A stretch of 64,000 nucleotides of DNA from Candidatus Moraniibacteriota bacterium (GCA_013334575.1 JAAXXG010000002.1:69377-133376); one strand, 5' to 3'; shown: positions 48,557 to 57,621, numbered from the stretch's first letter. Program-made: numbers and translations. Notes: a model not told the origin generated them from the letters alone.

Positions 48557-50008
48557 TCAGAAATTGCCGCCTCCGCCTGCGCCTGCGGTTTCACCTCCGC
48601 CAAAGGAGATGCCGCTGTCCGGGGTTGAACTCGAATAAATCGGACTCGGACTATATGGCGAAGAAGGACTCGCGACATATGGGTGGCCACCCTCATCGGA
48701 CCGGCTTGACCTGTGCGATACGCCGGACGAAGCATGACTTCCTGACGGCCGTGCGGAGAACGACCGCTGCGGCACGTATATCGACTTCGGAGCAATCTCG
48801 TCGACTGCGGATTTCCTGATCGACCGTGCTTCGTCGTTCAGCAGTTCAAGCAGCAGCGCCGCCTGTAAGAAGTCGAACTGCTTCGGACTCGGCTCTCTCA
48901 ACAGATCCCGACGGAGACTTTCATACGCCTGCCGCTGATCTTCACAGCGATCGCGAAGACGCTGTGAGACACCTGGCTTTCGGACCGCGTCTTCGGCCCG
49001 ATTGATGGCGACACCCGCAGCATCAAGCTTCGCATCGATACCGGATACCGTCTGACGAGCTCCGCGATATACCCTCATCAGCCCGGACAGTTGTGCGATA
49101 AGAGAAACGGCTGCATATCTCGCACCGCTCCAGCCGGTCTCATCAGAACGCTCACCGATACCGGACAACAATCCGTTGAATTTCGATGCTATGTCCGCAG
49201 CCTTCTGACGGGCTTCCATAATGGCAGCATCGGTGACGTACTGACCGGCATTGTCGAGTTGCCGGTTGAAAGAGTCCATCTCCCGATTGAAATCAGCCTT
49301 GAGTTGCTCCACCGCCGCACGACGGCTCCTGGCCCTGCGAGACCGAGCGAACAGATACCGGATTCCGACCCCGATTCCGACTATAGCGAGTACGACGAGA
49401 AACGCCAACAACACGTCTTCGGCTTTCGCATCTGATTGAGCTTTGCCGGTCGCTTCAACCCGCTCTATGCTCTGCTGATGTTCCGTGGAGATCTTCGGCC
49501 CGAGGACCGTCATGATGTCCCGCGACATCTGTTCAAGCGCCGGACCGATATCACCAGCTCGCAGACTACTCGCCAGCAACGGCTTCGCACGGTTGAAGAT
49601 TCTCCCGCATTCGGCATCCGTCAACTCCGTTTCAACCCCCTTTCCGGTCGTAATCCTGACTTTCCGAGGATTGGTGCAGACCGTTATCAGGACACCGTAG
49701 TCGTCACCTTTCTGTCCGATGCCGGTCTCGTGAAAGACGTCGACTGAATACTGCTCGATCGTCGCCCTTCCCGCAAAGTCCTTCGTCGTAAGCACGACGA
49801 TCTGGACCTTCGAATCCTTCTCATACCCCGAGAGAAGCTGATTCAAGTCCGACTTTGACGATTCGGAAATGATACCGGCGAGGTCCGTAATGCGCTCCGT
49901 GAGTTTCGGAAGTTCTTCACCGTTCCCTTCAGCCGCGAATGCCGTTCGGCACCCGTGAGAGAGAAGGAGCAGCAAGAACACCGCCAGAACTTTCATGATT
50001 TTCCTCAT
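48557..50008 (-). CDS. TPM-domain (TLP18.3/Psb32/YgcG-like) membrane protein with Gly-rich C-terminus
   Basis: Signal peptide, TPM-like KVQIVVLTTKDF ... DDYGVLITV ... RKVRITTGKGVE, a TM helix, a long charged linker and a GGGETAGAGGGGNF tail. Confidence 0.6.
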   Translation of the reverse strand: MRKIMKVLAVFLLLLLSHGCRTAFAAEGNGEELPKLTERITDLAGIISESSKSDLNQLLSGYEKDSKVQIVVLTTKDFAGRATIEQYSVDVFHETGIGQKGDDYGVLITVCTNPRKVRITTGKGVETELTDAECGRIFNRAKPLLASSLRAGDIGPALEQMSRDIMTVLGPKISTEHQQSIERVEATGKAQSDAKAEDVLLAFLVVLAIVGIGVGIRYLFARSRRARSRRAAVEQLKADFNREMDSFNRQLDNAGQYVTDAAIMEARQKAADIASKFNGLLSGIGERSDETGWSGARYAAVSLIAQLSGLMRVYRGARQTVSGIDAKLDAAGVAINRAEDAVRKPGVSQRLRDRCEDQRQAYESLRRDLLREPSPKQFDFLQAALLLELLNDEARSIRKSAVDEIAPKSIYVPQRSFSARPSGSHASSGVSHRSSRSDEGGHPYVASPSSPYSPSPIYSSSTPDSGISFGGGETAGAGGGGNF

Positions 50009-50112
50009 GCTAGACTCCGTGTTTTCGTTGTAGGATGCTATTCACTTATAAAAAATACTTCGGTATACGATAATACAGAATATGAATTCTGTCAAACCAA
50101 TCTCTCACTTTC

Positions 50113-50574
50113 TTATATAGAATCGTCTCTTTCTTTCGTGTCACACTCCCTCGTCATGATGATCCGAGGCTGTCCGTCGCCGTAGAGATTATCCTCCCGA
50201 CCGGAAGCGACGAAGCCGAGCGACTCATAGAGCTTCACGGCGTGATTGTCCGGGTGAACGTCGAGGCTCACGCGGTCGAATTCCCGCAATTCCTCGAGCA
50301 GCATTCCCATAGCCTTTCGGGCCAATCCCCTCCGTTGGAACTCGGGCGCGATAATAAGTCCGCTCACGTAGGCATAATCGGTATCCTTCACCCGGTAGGA
50401 GATATCCCCGACGATCACTCCGTCCTCCTCGATCAGATAGACAGTCTCGTCGCGGATCCACTGCCGCATCTCCTCGTCGGTGAAACCCCAGTTGTAGACA
50501 ATCAGATCCCTCGCGGTCTCCTCGATCGCGGTCAGTACCGGCATATCGTCTTCCGTCGCACGGATGAGTTTCAT
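50113..50574 (-). CDS. GNAT family N-acetyltransferase
   Basis: MKLIRATEDDMPVL start, acetyl-CoA motif RRGLARKAMGMLLEEL. 153 aa. Confidence 0.75.
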   Translation of the reverse strand: MKLIRATEDDMPVLTAIEETARDLIVYNWGFTDEEMRQWIRDETVYLIEEDGVIVGDISYRVKDTDYAYVSGLIIAPEFQRRGLARKAMGMLLEELREFDRVSLDVHPDNHAVKLYESLGFVASGREDNLYGDGQPRIIMTRECDTKERDDSI

Positions 50575-50745
50575 AAGATCACATATCATTCATGATCGTA
50601 TTCCTCTCCTGTTTTGATAGACTATCAACAAAAATATCGCCTTTCCAAGCCATAAAATGACACTTGATTTATCTAAGATTTTATGATATCATAAAACGTT
50701 GTGCCTTCATAATCTATAAGCATACTCTCGAGGAGGAGAGTCATC

Positions 50746-51192
50746 ATGCCAAAACTTCTCAAATACGGGCTTTCAACCCTGGGCGTCTGTGGCATTTTTG
50801 CGATTATCATCGTAGCGATGCTTAGCCGCGGGACTTTCGGTCATCTCGTGCCACTATCGGACGAGGATCTGAAAACGATTACCGAGGTGACTACGCAGGA
50901 TTCGAATTCATCCATCGCGTTCCGTTCCCATTCGGAAATACTACGGTGCGGCCCGCTTTCGCTTCGAAAAACAAGCCGCATCTCGGCATTCGTTTTTCGT
51001 GGAGAACCTATCTCGGCGCGCAAGACCGTCATGTACGGTTCACTCCGGTTCGGCAACCAAGCAGACGAAATGATGCCCCCGCTCCGAATACCAGACGGTG
51101 CGAACTCAATGTACTGGTATGAATGCGGCAACACCACCGTATCCCTTGGATCCATACCGGATCCGCATATCGGAATCGGATTCAATTTCTGA
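50746..51192 (+). CDS. hypothetical membrane-anchored protein
   Basis: GAGGAGG RBS, N-terminal TM helix, 148 aa, followed by a terminator. Confidence 0.4.
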   Translation: MPKLLKYGLSTLGVCGIFAIIIVAMLSRGTFGHLVPLSDEDLKTITEVTTQDSNSSIAFRSHSEILRCGPLSLRKTSRISAFVFRGEPISARKTVMYGSLRFGNQADEMMPPLRIPDGANSMYWYECGNTTVSLGSIPDPHIGIGFNF

Positions 51193-51196
51193 AAAA

Positions 51197-51240
51197 AAAC
51201 GGCCGACACGTCATAACGAGTGTCAGCCGTTTTTTCATTC
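51197..51240. terminator. bidirectional intrinsic terminator
   Basis: A-run, then the cggccgacac ... gtgtcagccg stem with one mismatch, then a T-run. Confidence 0.5.
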
Positions 51241-51292
51241 CCTTGTAACACCGAACAACCGCGTAACGCTTCAACATCCGAAACGACCCTAT

Positions 51293-51390
51293 GCGATCAT
51301 GACCATTGCATTGAATTTGCCGTCCTTCTCGGTCTCCTCGATCGCAGTCAGCACCGGCATATCGTCTTCCGTCGCGCGGATCAAGTTCAT
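51293..51390 (-). pseudogene. detached 5' fragment of the GNAT acetyltransferase gene (copy Z)
   Basis: rc encodes MNLIRATEDDMPVLTAIEETEKDG... then a stop after 32 codons. About 90% identical over ~60 nt to the start of 50113..50574. Confidence 0.5.
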
Positions 51391-51394
51391 AGGA

Positions 51395-51850
51395 CTATAA
51401 GGAATCGCTCGTCTTGTGGAACGGCTTCCCGGTTTCGAGGAATGAAAAGATTCCCGCCTTGAGGGAATCGGGAAGAATGTGATGCTCGCGAAGCGAATCC
51501 GCAGATACGACCGCGAACTCGAGATGATCCTCCTGCGATCCGAGAGATATTCCCGTCGGAACCCGGACCTCGAAGACGAAATTCACCTCGTGCTGACTCG
51601 ACGTCTCCGATATCGGAAATGCGTTTTCGCAGACACCGACGAGATCGCCGATCAGATAGTCTCCCTCTCCGAGTTCCTCGACGAGTTCGCGGGCGAGCGC
51701 CGATCGTGCGGATTCCCCGTCTTCCACGTGTCCCCCTGGCAGAAAATTCCAATCCTTGCCCTTCAATCGACAAAGGATCACGTCTTCGCCTTGCCGAAGC
51801 AGCGCCCGCGAAATGAAATGTATATGCGATTCAGGAGCTTCGTAGGTCAT
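51395..51850 (-). CDS. NUDIX hydrolase
   Basis: Canonical Nudix box GGHVEDGESARSALARELVEELGE. Confidence 0.75.
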   Translation of the reverse strand: MTYEAPESHIHFISRALLRQGEDVILCRLKGKDWNFLPGGHVEDGESARSALARELVEELGEGDYLIGDLVGVCENAFPISETSSQHEVNFVFEVRVPTGISLGSQEDHLEFAVVSADSLREHHILPDSLKAGIFSFLETGKPFHKTSDSL

Positions 51851-51859
51851 ATATAATCA

Positions 51860-52411
51860 TTATTCAGATAGCTTACGAAATATATCCTCATTAAGCAATT
51901 CTTCAGATGTTTTATTTATTTCGTTTAGATATGAACGCAATGTTTTTAAATCTAGTTTAATAAAATCCCCATATACCCCATCTTTATCGACGCCAATTTT
52001 CGTCAATACGACAAAGTCATTGCCCATTTCCAACCAACGAGCGTGTATAGCCTTATTCCTTATTACGGCCGCTTCTTTTAATCTCAAATGTAATGATGCA
52101 TACAAAGAAGACAACTCCGGTTTTCCAACATGTTTGCACATGGGAACAAAAAAATCTCTAAACAAATCGACTTTTTGTGAAAAAGTTAGTTTCGCAATAA
52201 CCGTGTAGCCTAAATCACTGGACCTAGAATGAATAAAACTAGTTAGCACATCATCAAGAACACTCTCAAGATAATTAAAGTCCAATATAATTTCCCCAAG
52301 TATCAGCTTTATTTGCTTCAATTTCGCAGCTGATATCGTTGTATCGAAATCATGATTAAAACTCCCATCATCGAGATATATTTTCATATAATTATTTTGG
52401 TTTCGCTCCAT
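51860..52411 (-). CDS. hypothetical protein in an AT-rich island, possible HEPN-like domain
   Basis: GC drops sharply over 51860-52440. R-x4-H motif in AAVIRNKAIHARW. 183 aa. Confidence 0.4.
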   Translation of the reverse strand: MERNQNNYMKIYLDDGSFNHDFDTTISAAKLKQIKLILGEIILDFNYLESVLDDVLTSFIHSRSSDLGYTVIAKLTFSQKVDLFRDFFVPMCKHVGKPELSSLYASLHLRLKEAAVIRNKAIHARWLEMGNDFVVLTKIGVDKDGVYGDFIKLDLKTLRSYLNEINKTSEELLNEDIFRKLSE

Positions 52412-52440
52412 GAAAAAAAGAGGGTCTACTCGCCTCTCTT

Positions 52441-53043
52441 TTATATCGCCTTCACATAACGCTCCGCGACGCTTCGGAAGTCCTCCGTTCCATCGATCAG
52501 CACCGACTTGATCCCAAAACTTCGACCGACCTCGACGTTCTCTTCCTCATCGTCGAAAAAGATGACCTCTTCAGGAGAAAGGTCCAGTTTCTCCAGGATA
52601 ACTTCGAAAAATCGGGGGTCGGACTTCGAGAGTCCCGACTCGAACGAATAAAAGAAACCGTCGAGCTCATGCCCTATCCCGAGGTTCTTCTCTATATATT
52701 CGGCACGATATTTTTCCTGGTCCGTGGCCAAATAGCATTTCAAACCTCTCTCCCGCAGGTCTCTGACCACATCCAAGACATCCGAATCAACGACGCTTTG
52801 GGAAAACCAAAATTCAAGAAAACTCTCGACATCACCCTCCCACTTCCACTGTTTCAGAAACGGCACCAGTTCTTCTTTCAGATCCGCAGTCGCCTTCTGA
52901 CAATCCCTGAACCGCGTCTTAAAGAACGGAATGACCATCTCGGCTGAAACACCGTACTGTTCGTGAAGAATATCGCTGAAATAACGCTGTTTCTTGATCA
53001 GAAGACCGTCGGCGTCCAGTAGTATGGCCTTGATGTCGTTCAT
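52441..53043 (-). CDS. HAD-superfamily hydrolase
   Basis: Motif I LLDADGLL, motif II-like CYLATD, motif IV FFDDEEENV. Confidence 0.7.
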   Translation of the reverse strand: MNDIKAILLDADGLLIKKQRYFSDILHEQYGVSAEMVIPFFKTRFRDCQKATADLKEELVPFLKQWKWEGDVESFLEFWFSQSVVDSDVLDVVRDLRERGLKCYLATDQEKYRAEYIEKNLGIGHELDGFFYSFESGLSKSDPRFFEVILEKLDLSPEEVIFFDDEEENVEVGRSFGIKSVLIDGTEDFRSVAERYVKAI

Positions 53044-53061
53044 AGAGGTTTCCGTTTAACT

Positions 53062-53703
53062 CTATCCTTCAGACCGCACAGATCTACTTGCCTCTTTTTT
53101 GGTCGTTTTCTTGGTTGTCTTGGCCGTGGACTTCTTGCCTTTGGCGAAGTTGAGATACATCTTGGACGCGACGGGCTTCTTGTCGCCGTAGTACTTGGAA
53201 TTGAGCCCCTCCGAGCCGTAGGGCTTCTCGCAGGGCGAGGAGAGCTCCTCGAAGGCGACCTGGCCGATTGCCATCTTGTAGTGAAGCTTGATCGGGAGGC
53301 GCCCCGCGTTGAAAAGCTCGAGGGTGAGCTTGAGCGAATTGCCCGGGTCGAGAAATCCCGCGGTCGTATGGATGATGAGCCCCAGGCGGCCGAGCGAGCT
53401 CTTGCCCTCGAGCCGGCAGGCGTAGCGGTCCGAGACGCCGGTCTCCTCGTAGATGAGGCCGAGCGCGAACTCGCCGGGATGCAGGATGAACGGCTCGTCC
53501 GGCCGGATTTCCATCGGCTTCATAAGGCCCTGCGTGGGGGCCTTGGGATCGATGACGAAGTTGTGTGTCGTATCGAAGACCAGGAAGTGTCGGTCGAGGT
53601 GGACGTCCACGCTCGCCGGCTGGACGTGCTTGCGGTTGAACGGCTTAATGGTGATGTCGCCCTTGCGAAGGGCCTTCACGATGTCGCGGTCGGAAAGGAT
53701 CAT
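53062..53703 (-). CDS. dcd: dCTP deaminase with Lys/Thr-rich C-terminal tail
   Basis: MILSDRDI ... PASVDVHL ... jelly-roll dUTPase-like core, plus a KKSTAKTTKKTTKKEASRS tail. Confidence 0.8.
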   Translation of the reverse strand: MILSDRDIVKALRKGDITIKPFNRKHVQPASVDVHLDRHFLVFDTTHNFVIDPKAPTQGLMKPMEIRPDEPFILHPGEFALGLIYEETGVSDRYACRLEGKSSLGRLGLIIHTTAGFLDPGNSLKLTLELFNAGRLPIKLHYKMAIGQVAFEELSSPCEKPYGSEGLNSKYYGDKKPVASKMYLNFAKGKKSTAKTTKKTTKKEASRSVRSEG

Positions 53704-53927
53704 AGGAGTCTTCGGTTATGGGGATCTGCCGACTCCCTCCGGCACCCATTGTACGGGAAAGGCCGATAAAAAGGAACCTTGGCAGAATTCCATCCCCGTG
53801 TCATCCCGAGCGCAGTCGAGGGATCCACGGATATATCAGGACCAGAGTCGATTCTCCTGGCAGATTCCTCCACTCGAAGACTCTCCGGCATTCGCCGGAC
53901 TCCGGGTCGGAATGACAAGACAAAAAA

Positions 53928-53993
53928 ACAGGCCCCGAGAAGGGCCTGCTTCTGCATTTCGTGCTGTCGGAAACTAGGAGAGCTTCACCGTGA
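53928..53993 (-). repeat. 66-nt direct repeat: duplicate of the rplA 3' end plus its terminator hairpin
   Basis: About 92% identical to 54751..54816. Includes rc ...VKLS* and the aggccc ... gggcct hairpin with a T-run. Confidence 0.65.
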
Positions 53994-54111
53994 CTCACCG
54001 AGTCCGGCAGGAACATAGGCCGGAAGACGCGTTTCTTCCGCGTGTCGGAGTCATAAAATGAAAGAGGAGAACCGATACCGGTTCTCCTCATTCTTGACGG
54101 AATGAATGATG

Positions 54112-54540
54112 TCAGGAGATGTTCCCCCGAATCCCATATACCGCTCGCGTGATGCTCAAGAGAATAAGGAACGCGAGCGCCAGCAGCACCGAGTGGGCCG
54201 TCATCGCCCCTCTCCAGTCAGTGAAGGAGTAGACGCCTGAAATCGCACAAGCGATCAATCCAAACGCCATGTTCGCCGTAAACAGGATGACGAGTCCGGT
54301 TAAAACCTGCGGTACCGAAATGGTCCTTGATGACTCGGGTAGGACCACATACCCGGCGAGCGCAAAGACGAAACATACACCCGCGTACTGAACGAGTGGC
54401 CGATGAAACAACGGCAACCCGATCCCATGCATCCACAGCAGGAAAGCCGTGATAGTCAGTGCTGCAAAAAACGCGGACAGAAAGAAAAACATCCCCGAAA
54501 GCCTTACTCTTTGTGGTAAGACGAACGCAAAATGATTCAT
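54112..54540 (-). CDS. small integral membrane protein
   Basis: AAGGGGG RBS. 4 hydrophobic helices. Lies between the two rplA-3'-end repeats. Confidence 0.45.
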   Translation of the reverse strand: MNHFAFVLPQRVRLSGMFFFLSAFFAALTITAFLLWMHGIGLPLFHRPLVQYAGVCFVFALAGYVVLPESSRTISVPQVLTGLVILFTANMAFGLIACAISGVYSFTDWRGAMTAHSVLLALAFLILLSITRAVYGIRGNIS

Positions 54541-54750
54541 GGTATCCCCCTTTAGCACTTCGTGCCTTAATTTATAGAGTTATTAAACACGAAATGACTC
54601 TAGCATTAAATCCATATAATGTCAAGTCTCTTCACATCAACACAGAAGTCATCTTCTTGTCGTCCAAGCGAGGGCAGGGCCTTTCCGTGCCGAGTAGAAG
54701 ATTCCCGCCTTCGCGGGAATGACCGATAGAGAAGGCTCGACGATACGAAA

Positions 54751-54816
54751 ACAGGCCCCGGGAAGGGCCTGTTTCGGCATTTCGTGCCGTCAGAAACTAG
54801 GAGAGCTTCACCGTGA
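54751..54816 (-). repeat. 66-nt direct repeat (true rplA 3' end and terminator)
   Basis: Overlaps the last codons and stop of rplA. Hairpin aggcccttcccggggcct followed by GTTTTCG. Confidence 0.65.
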
Positions 54817-55489
54817 TGCCCGGGCCCATGGTGGAGCAGAGCGTGATCGAGCGGATGAACTTCCCCTTGAGCGCCTCCGGCTTGGCCTTCTGGACCGCAT
54901 CGCGGAAGGCCTCGAAGTTGGCCGCGAGCTCCTCGGCCGAGAAGGAGAGCTTGCCGATCACCTGATGGACGTTCCCCGAGTCGTCGTTCTTGAAACTCGC
55001 CTTCTTTCCCTTGGAGAGCATCTCCACGGTCTCGGCGATCTTGGTCGTGACGGTCTCGTTCTTCGGGCTGGGCATGAGTCCCTTGGGACCGAGGATCTTG
55101 GCGACCTGCGCGAGCTTGGGCATCATATCGGGCGTCGCGAGCAGAAGGTCGAACGCCGACCCCGGCACCACCTTCCCCTCCTTGATCTGCGCGACGAGTT
55201 CCTCGCCGCCGACCAGGACCGCTCCGGCGTCCTGCGCCTCCTTTGCCTTGTCGACGGTCACCACGGCGACACGCTTCACCCGGCCGGTGCCGGAGGGAAG
55301 GACGACCGTGGCGCGGACCGCCTCGTCGGACTTCTTGGCGTTGATCGAGAGCTTCATGTGCGCCTCGACGGACTCGTCGAACTTCGCGACGGCATTCTCT
55401 TTGAGGAACGCGATCGCATCGGCAAGCGCGTACTCCTCCTTGTCGACCACCTTGCCCGCCGCCTGGCGGTACTTCTTCCCGTGCTTCAT
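54797..55489 (-). CDS. rplA: 50S ribosomal protein L1
   Basis: MKHGKKYRQA ... VVLPSGTG ... GKLSFSAEEL are typical L1 features. Confidence 0.9.
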   Translation of the reverse strand: MKHGKKYRQAAGKVVDKEEYALADAIAFLKENAVAKFDESVEAHMKLSINAKKSDEAVRATVVLPSGTGRVKRVAVVTVDKAKEAQDAGAVLVGGEELVAQIKEGKVVPGSAFDLLLATPDMMPKLAQVAKILGPKGLMPSPKNETVTTKIAETVEMLSKGKKASFKNDDSGNVHQVIGKLSFSAEELAANFEAFRDAVQKAKPEALKGKFIRSITLCSTMGPGITVKLS

Positions 55490-55556
55490 ATGCTTGTCTT
55501 TCGTGGTGATAGCGACCGGATTTTCGCCCGTGTCTCCCACAAATGGATTATATCGC

Positions 55557-55982
55557 CTAGCCCTCCACCTTGATCCCCATCGAGCGGGCGGTGCCGGCCA
55601 CGATCTTGGCCGCCGCGTCCACGTCGTTGGCGTTCAGGTCCTCCATCTTCTGCTCGCCGATCTCGCGGACCTGCGCCATCGTAACGGTGCCGACCTTGTC
55701 CTTGAGCGGGTTCGCCGCGCCCTTCTCCACCTTGGCCGCCTTCTTCAGAAGCTCGGCTGCCGGAGGGGTCTTGAGCACGAAATCGAAAGTGCGGTCCTCG
55801 TACACGGTGATTTCCGCCGGGATGATGTCGCCCATCCGGTCCTTGGTCTGCTCGTTGAACTGCATGCAGAACCCCTGGATATTGAGTCCGTGCTGACCGA
55901 GCGCCGGACCGACCGGCGGAGCCGGGTTCGCCTTCCCGCCCGGGATCTGGAGCTTGATGACCGTCTTGATCGTCTTTGCCAT
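55557..55982 (-). CDS. rplK: 50S ribosomal protein L11
   Basis: [32 protein letters not shown]. Confidence 0.9.
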   Translation of the reverse strand: MAKTIKTVIKLQIPGGKANPAPPVGPALGQHGLNIQGFCMQFNEQTKDRMGDIIPAEITVYEDRTFDFVLKTPPAAELLKKAAKVEKGAANPLKDKVGTVTMAQVREIGEQKMEDLNANDVDAAAKIVAGTARSMGIKVEG

Positions 55983-56025
55983 ATGCGTTCGAAAATGATT
56001 GCCGTACCGATCCCTCCATCCATCC

Positions 56026-56571
56026 CTACGCCTTCTTCACCTGGAGGAAGTCGAGTTCCACCGGCGTCTCGCGTCCGAAGAGGGACACGAACACCTTGAG
56101 TTTCCCCTTCTCCTCGTCCACCTCCTCGACCTTGCCGTCGAAATTCTTGAACGGCCCGTCGGTCACCTTGACCACGTCGCCCTTGCGTACGTCCACCTTA
56201 TACTTCGGCTCCGAAACGCCCATGCGCTTCTTGAGGCCCTCGATCTCCTTGGGGTCGATCGGGGTCGGCGTGGTACCGAGACCGATGAAGCCGGTGACGT
56301 TCGGAGTGTTGCGGACCACGTACCACGACGCGTCGGTAACGACCATGTCGACGAGCACGTAGCCGGGATAGATGCGTTCCTCGACGGTGACGCGCTTCCC
56401 GCCCTTGATCTTGATCTTCTTCTCCTTCGGAACGAGGATGTCGAAGATGAAGTCCTGCATGTCCATCGACTCGATGCGCTGGCGCAGGTTGCGGGCGACA
56501 TTGTCCTCGTATCCGGAATACGTGTGGAGGACGTACCAGGCCCGGCCGTGATGCTGTGACTGCTTCGCCAT
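56026..56571 (-). CDS. nusG: transcription termination/antitermination factor NusG
   Basis: NGN domain [11 protein letters not shown] and [14 protein letters not shown]. Confidence 0.9.
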   Translation of the reverse strand: MAKQSQHHGRAWYVLHTYSGYEDNVARNLRQRIESMDMQDFIFDILVPKEKKIKIKGGKRVTVEERIYPGYVLVDMVVTDASWYVVRNTPNVTGFIGLGTTPTPIDPKEIEGLKKRMGVSEPKYKVDVRKGDVVKVTDGPFKNFDGKVEEVDEEKGKLKVFVSLFGRETPVELDFLQVKKA

Positions 56572-56589
56572 AGGATTGGACGTTAGTGC

Positions 56590-56775
56590 CTAGAAGAGGA
56601 AACGTTTCGCAAGGGATTCGAACACGAAGTCGAGCGAACCGAGGAAGACCGCCGTCGCGGCCGAGATACCAAGGACGATCAGCGTATCCCGAATCATGCG
56701 CTCCTTGGTGGGCCAGACCACCCGGAGCAGCTCCGCCCTCGCCTCCTTGAGGAATTCGACGATCTTCTGCATACG
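56590..56775 (-). CDS. secE: preprotein translocase subunit SecE
   Basis: 61 aa with a single C-terminal TM helix. KEARAELLRVVWPTKE motif. Conserved secE-nusG-rplK-rplA order. Confidence 0.7.
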   Translation of the reverse strand, partial: RMQKIVEFLKEARAELLRVVWPTKERMIRDTLIVLGISAATAVFLGSLDFVFESLAKRFLF

Positions 56776-56866
56776 GTTTTCCCGGTCTAAAAAAAGCCCC
56801 AGACAGGCTTCGTATGGGGCAAGCATACCAAAGCCGAATCTTCCTGTCAACCCGCCGCCGCCAAGC

Positions 56867-57613
56867 CTAGGCGACGGACGAATACTCGTCCTTTTTCGAA
56901 TCGGCATCACCTTCCCCGACCTCGTCGGCGATCCGAAGAATCGATTTTGCCGCCTCGGCGACTTGCTTGAGCGAACCGTCCCCGCCTTGCGACCGCGCTT
57001 CAAGGATCTTCCCGAGCTGTTCGCGAACCAGGCTCCATCTCATCTCGAAACCGGATTCCGGCAGATCGTCGAGTTTCGGGATATCCCGTTCGCCGAGGAC
57101 CCGGAGAACGGCTATCATCGCGCGAGCGACTTTGAAATACGACTGTGGTCCGACGGATTCTGCGCGCATGGCGATCGCTTCCGCTTCCCCGACGGCCGAT
57201 CCGAATATCGCCATCCGTTCGGCATCCTGCGCGAGATGATACATGTCCACAACCATCCCCCCGAGACGCACCCTGTCGGACTCGGCCGCCTTGTCGGCCG
57301 CGATCCGCTCCCATTCGGCGGCGATATCCCACTTCATCTTTTCCAGCCTGTCGTTGACCTCCTGCGAATAAGCGGGGTCGAGAAGCCTTCCGGGAAACCC
57401 GTCGTCATGACGGGGCGTCAGTTCGGAGAGCGGAGGGAGGCCGAGAACGCGCATCAGGCGCACGAGCGGCGCATGAAGACACCCGGCATTCCGGACATCC
57501 TGATCAGACAGCTCTCCTACGACCCCGAAGACCGCCTCCCGGTCCGGATTCCAGACAGACGGAACGGCAGTGCGTCCCTCGAAACCGATATTCTCTCGAC
57601 TCATACGGTTCAT
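56867..57613 (-). CDS. hypothetical protein
   Basis: 248-aa ORF with coding-like composition and no motifs. Confidence 0.35.
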   Translation of the reverse strand: MNRMSRENIGFEGRTAVPSVWNPDREAVFGVVGELSDQDVRNAGCLHAPLVRLMRVLGLPPLSELTPRHDDGFPGRLLDPAYSQEVNDRLEKMKWDIAAEWERIAADKAAESDRVRLGGMVVDMYHLAQDAERMAIFGSAVGEAEAIAMRAESVGPQSYFKVARAMIAVLRVLGERDIPKLDDLPESGFEMRWSLVREQLGKILEARSQGGDGSLKQVAEAAKSILRIADEVGEGDADSKKDEYSSVA

Positions 57614-57621
57614 CCGGTCGT

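Noticed and set aside
53760-53930. Possible tRNA gene upstream of dcd (ccagagtcgattctcctgg stem-loop)
   Set aside because: Could not assemble a cloverleaf with acceptor, D and anticodon arms. The T-loop-like stem is imperfect, so no tRNA is called.
56776-56866. Expected tRNA or leader upstream of secE
   Set aside because: No GGTTCGANTCC-type T-arm or acceptor stem found in the 90-nt gap.
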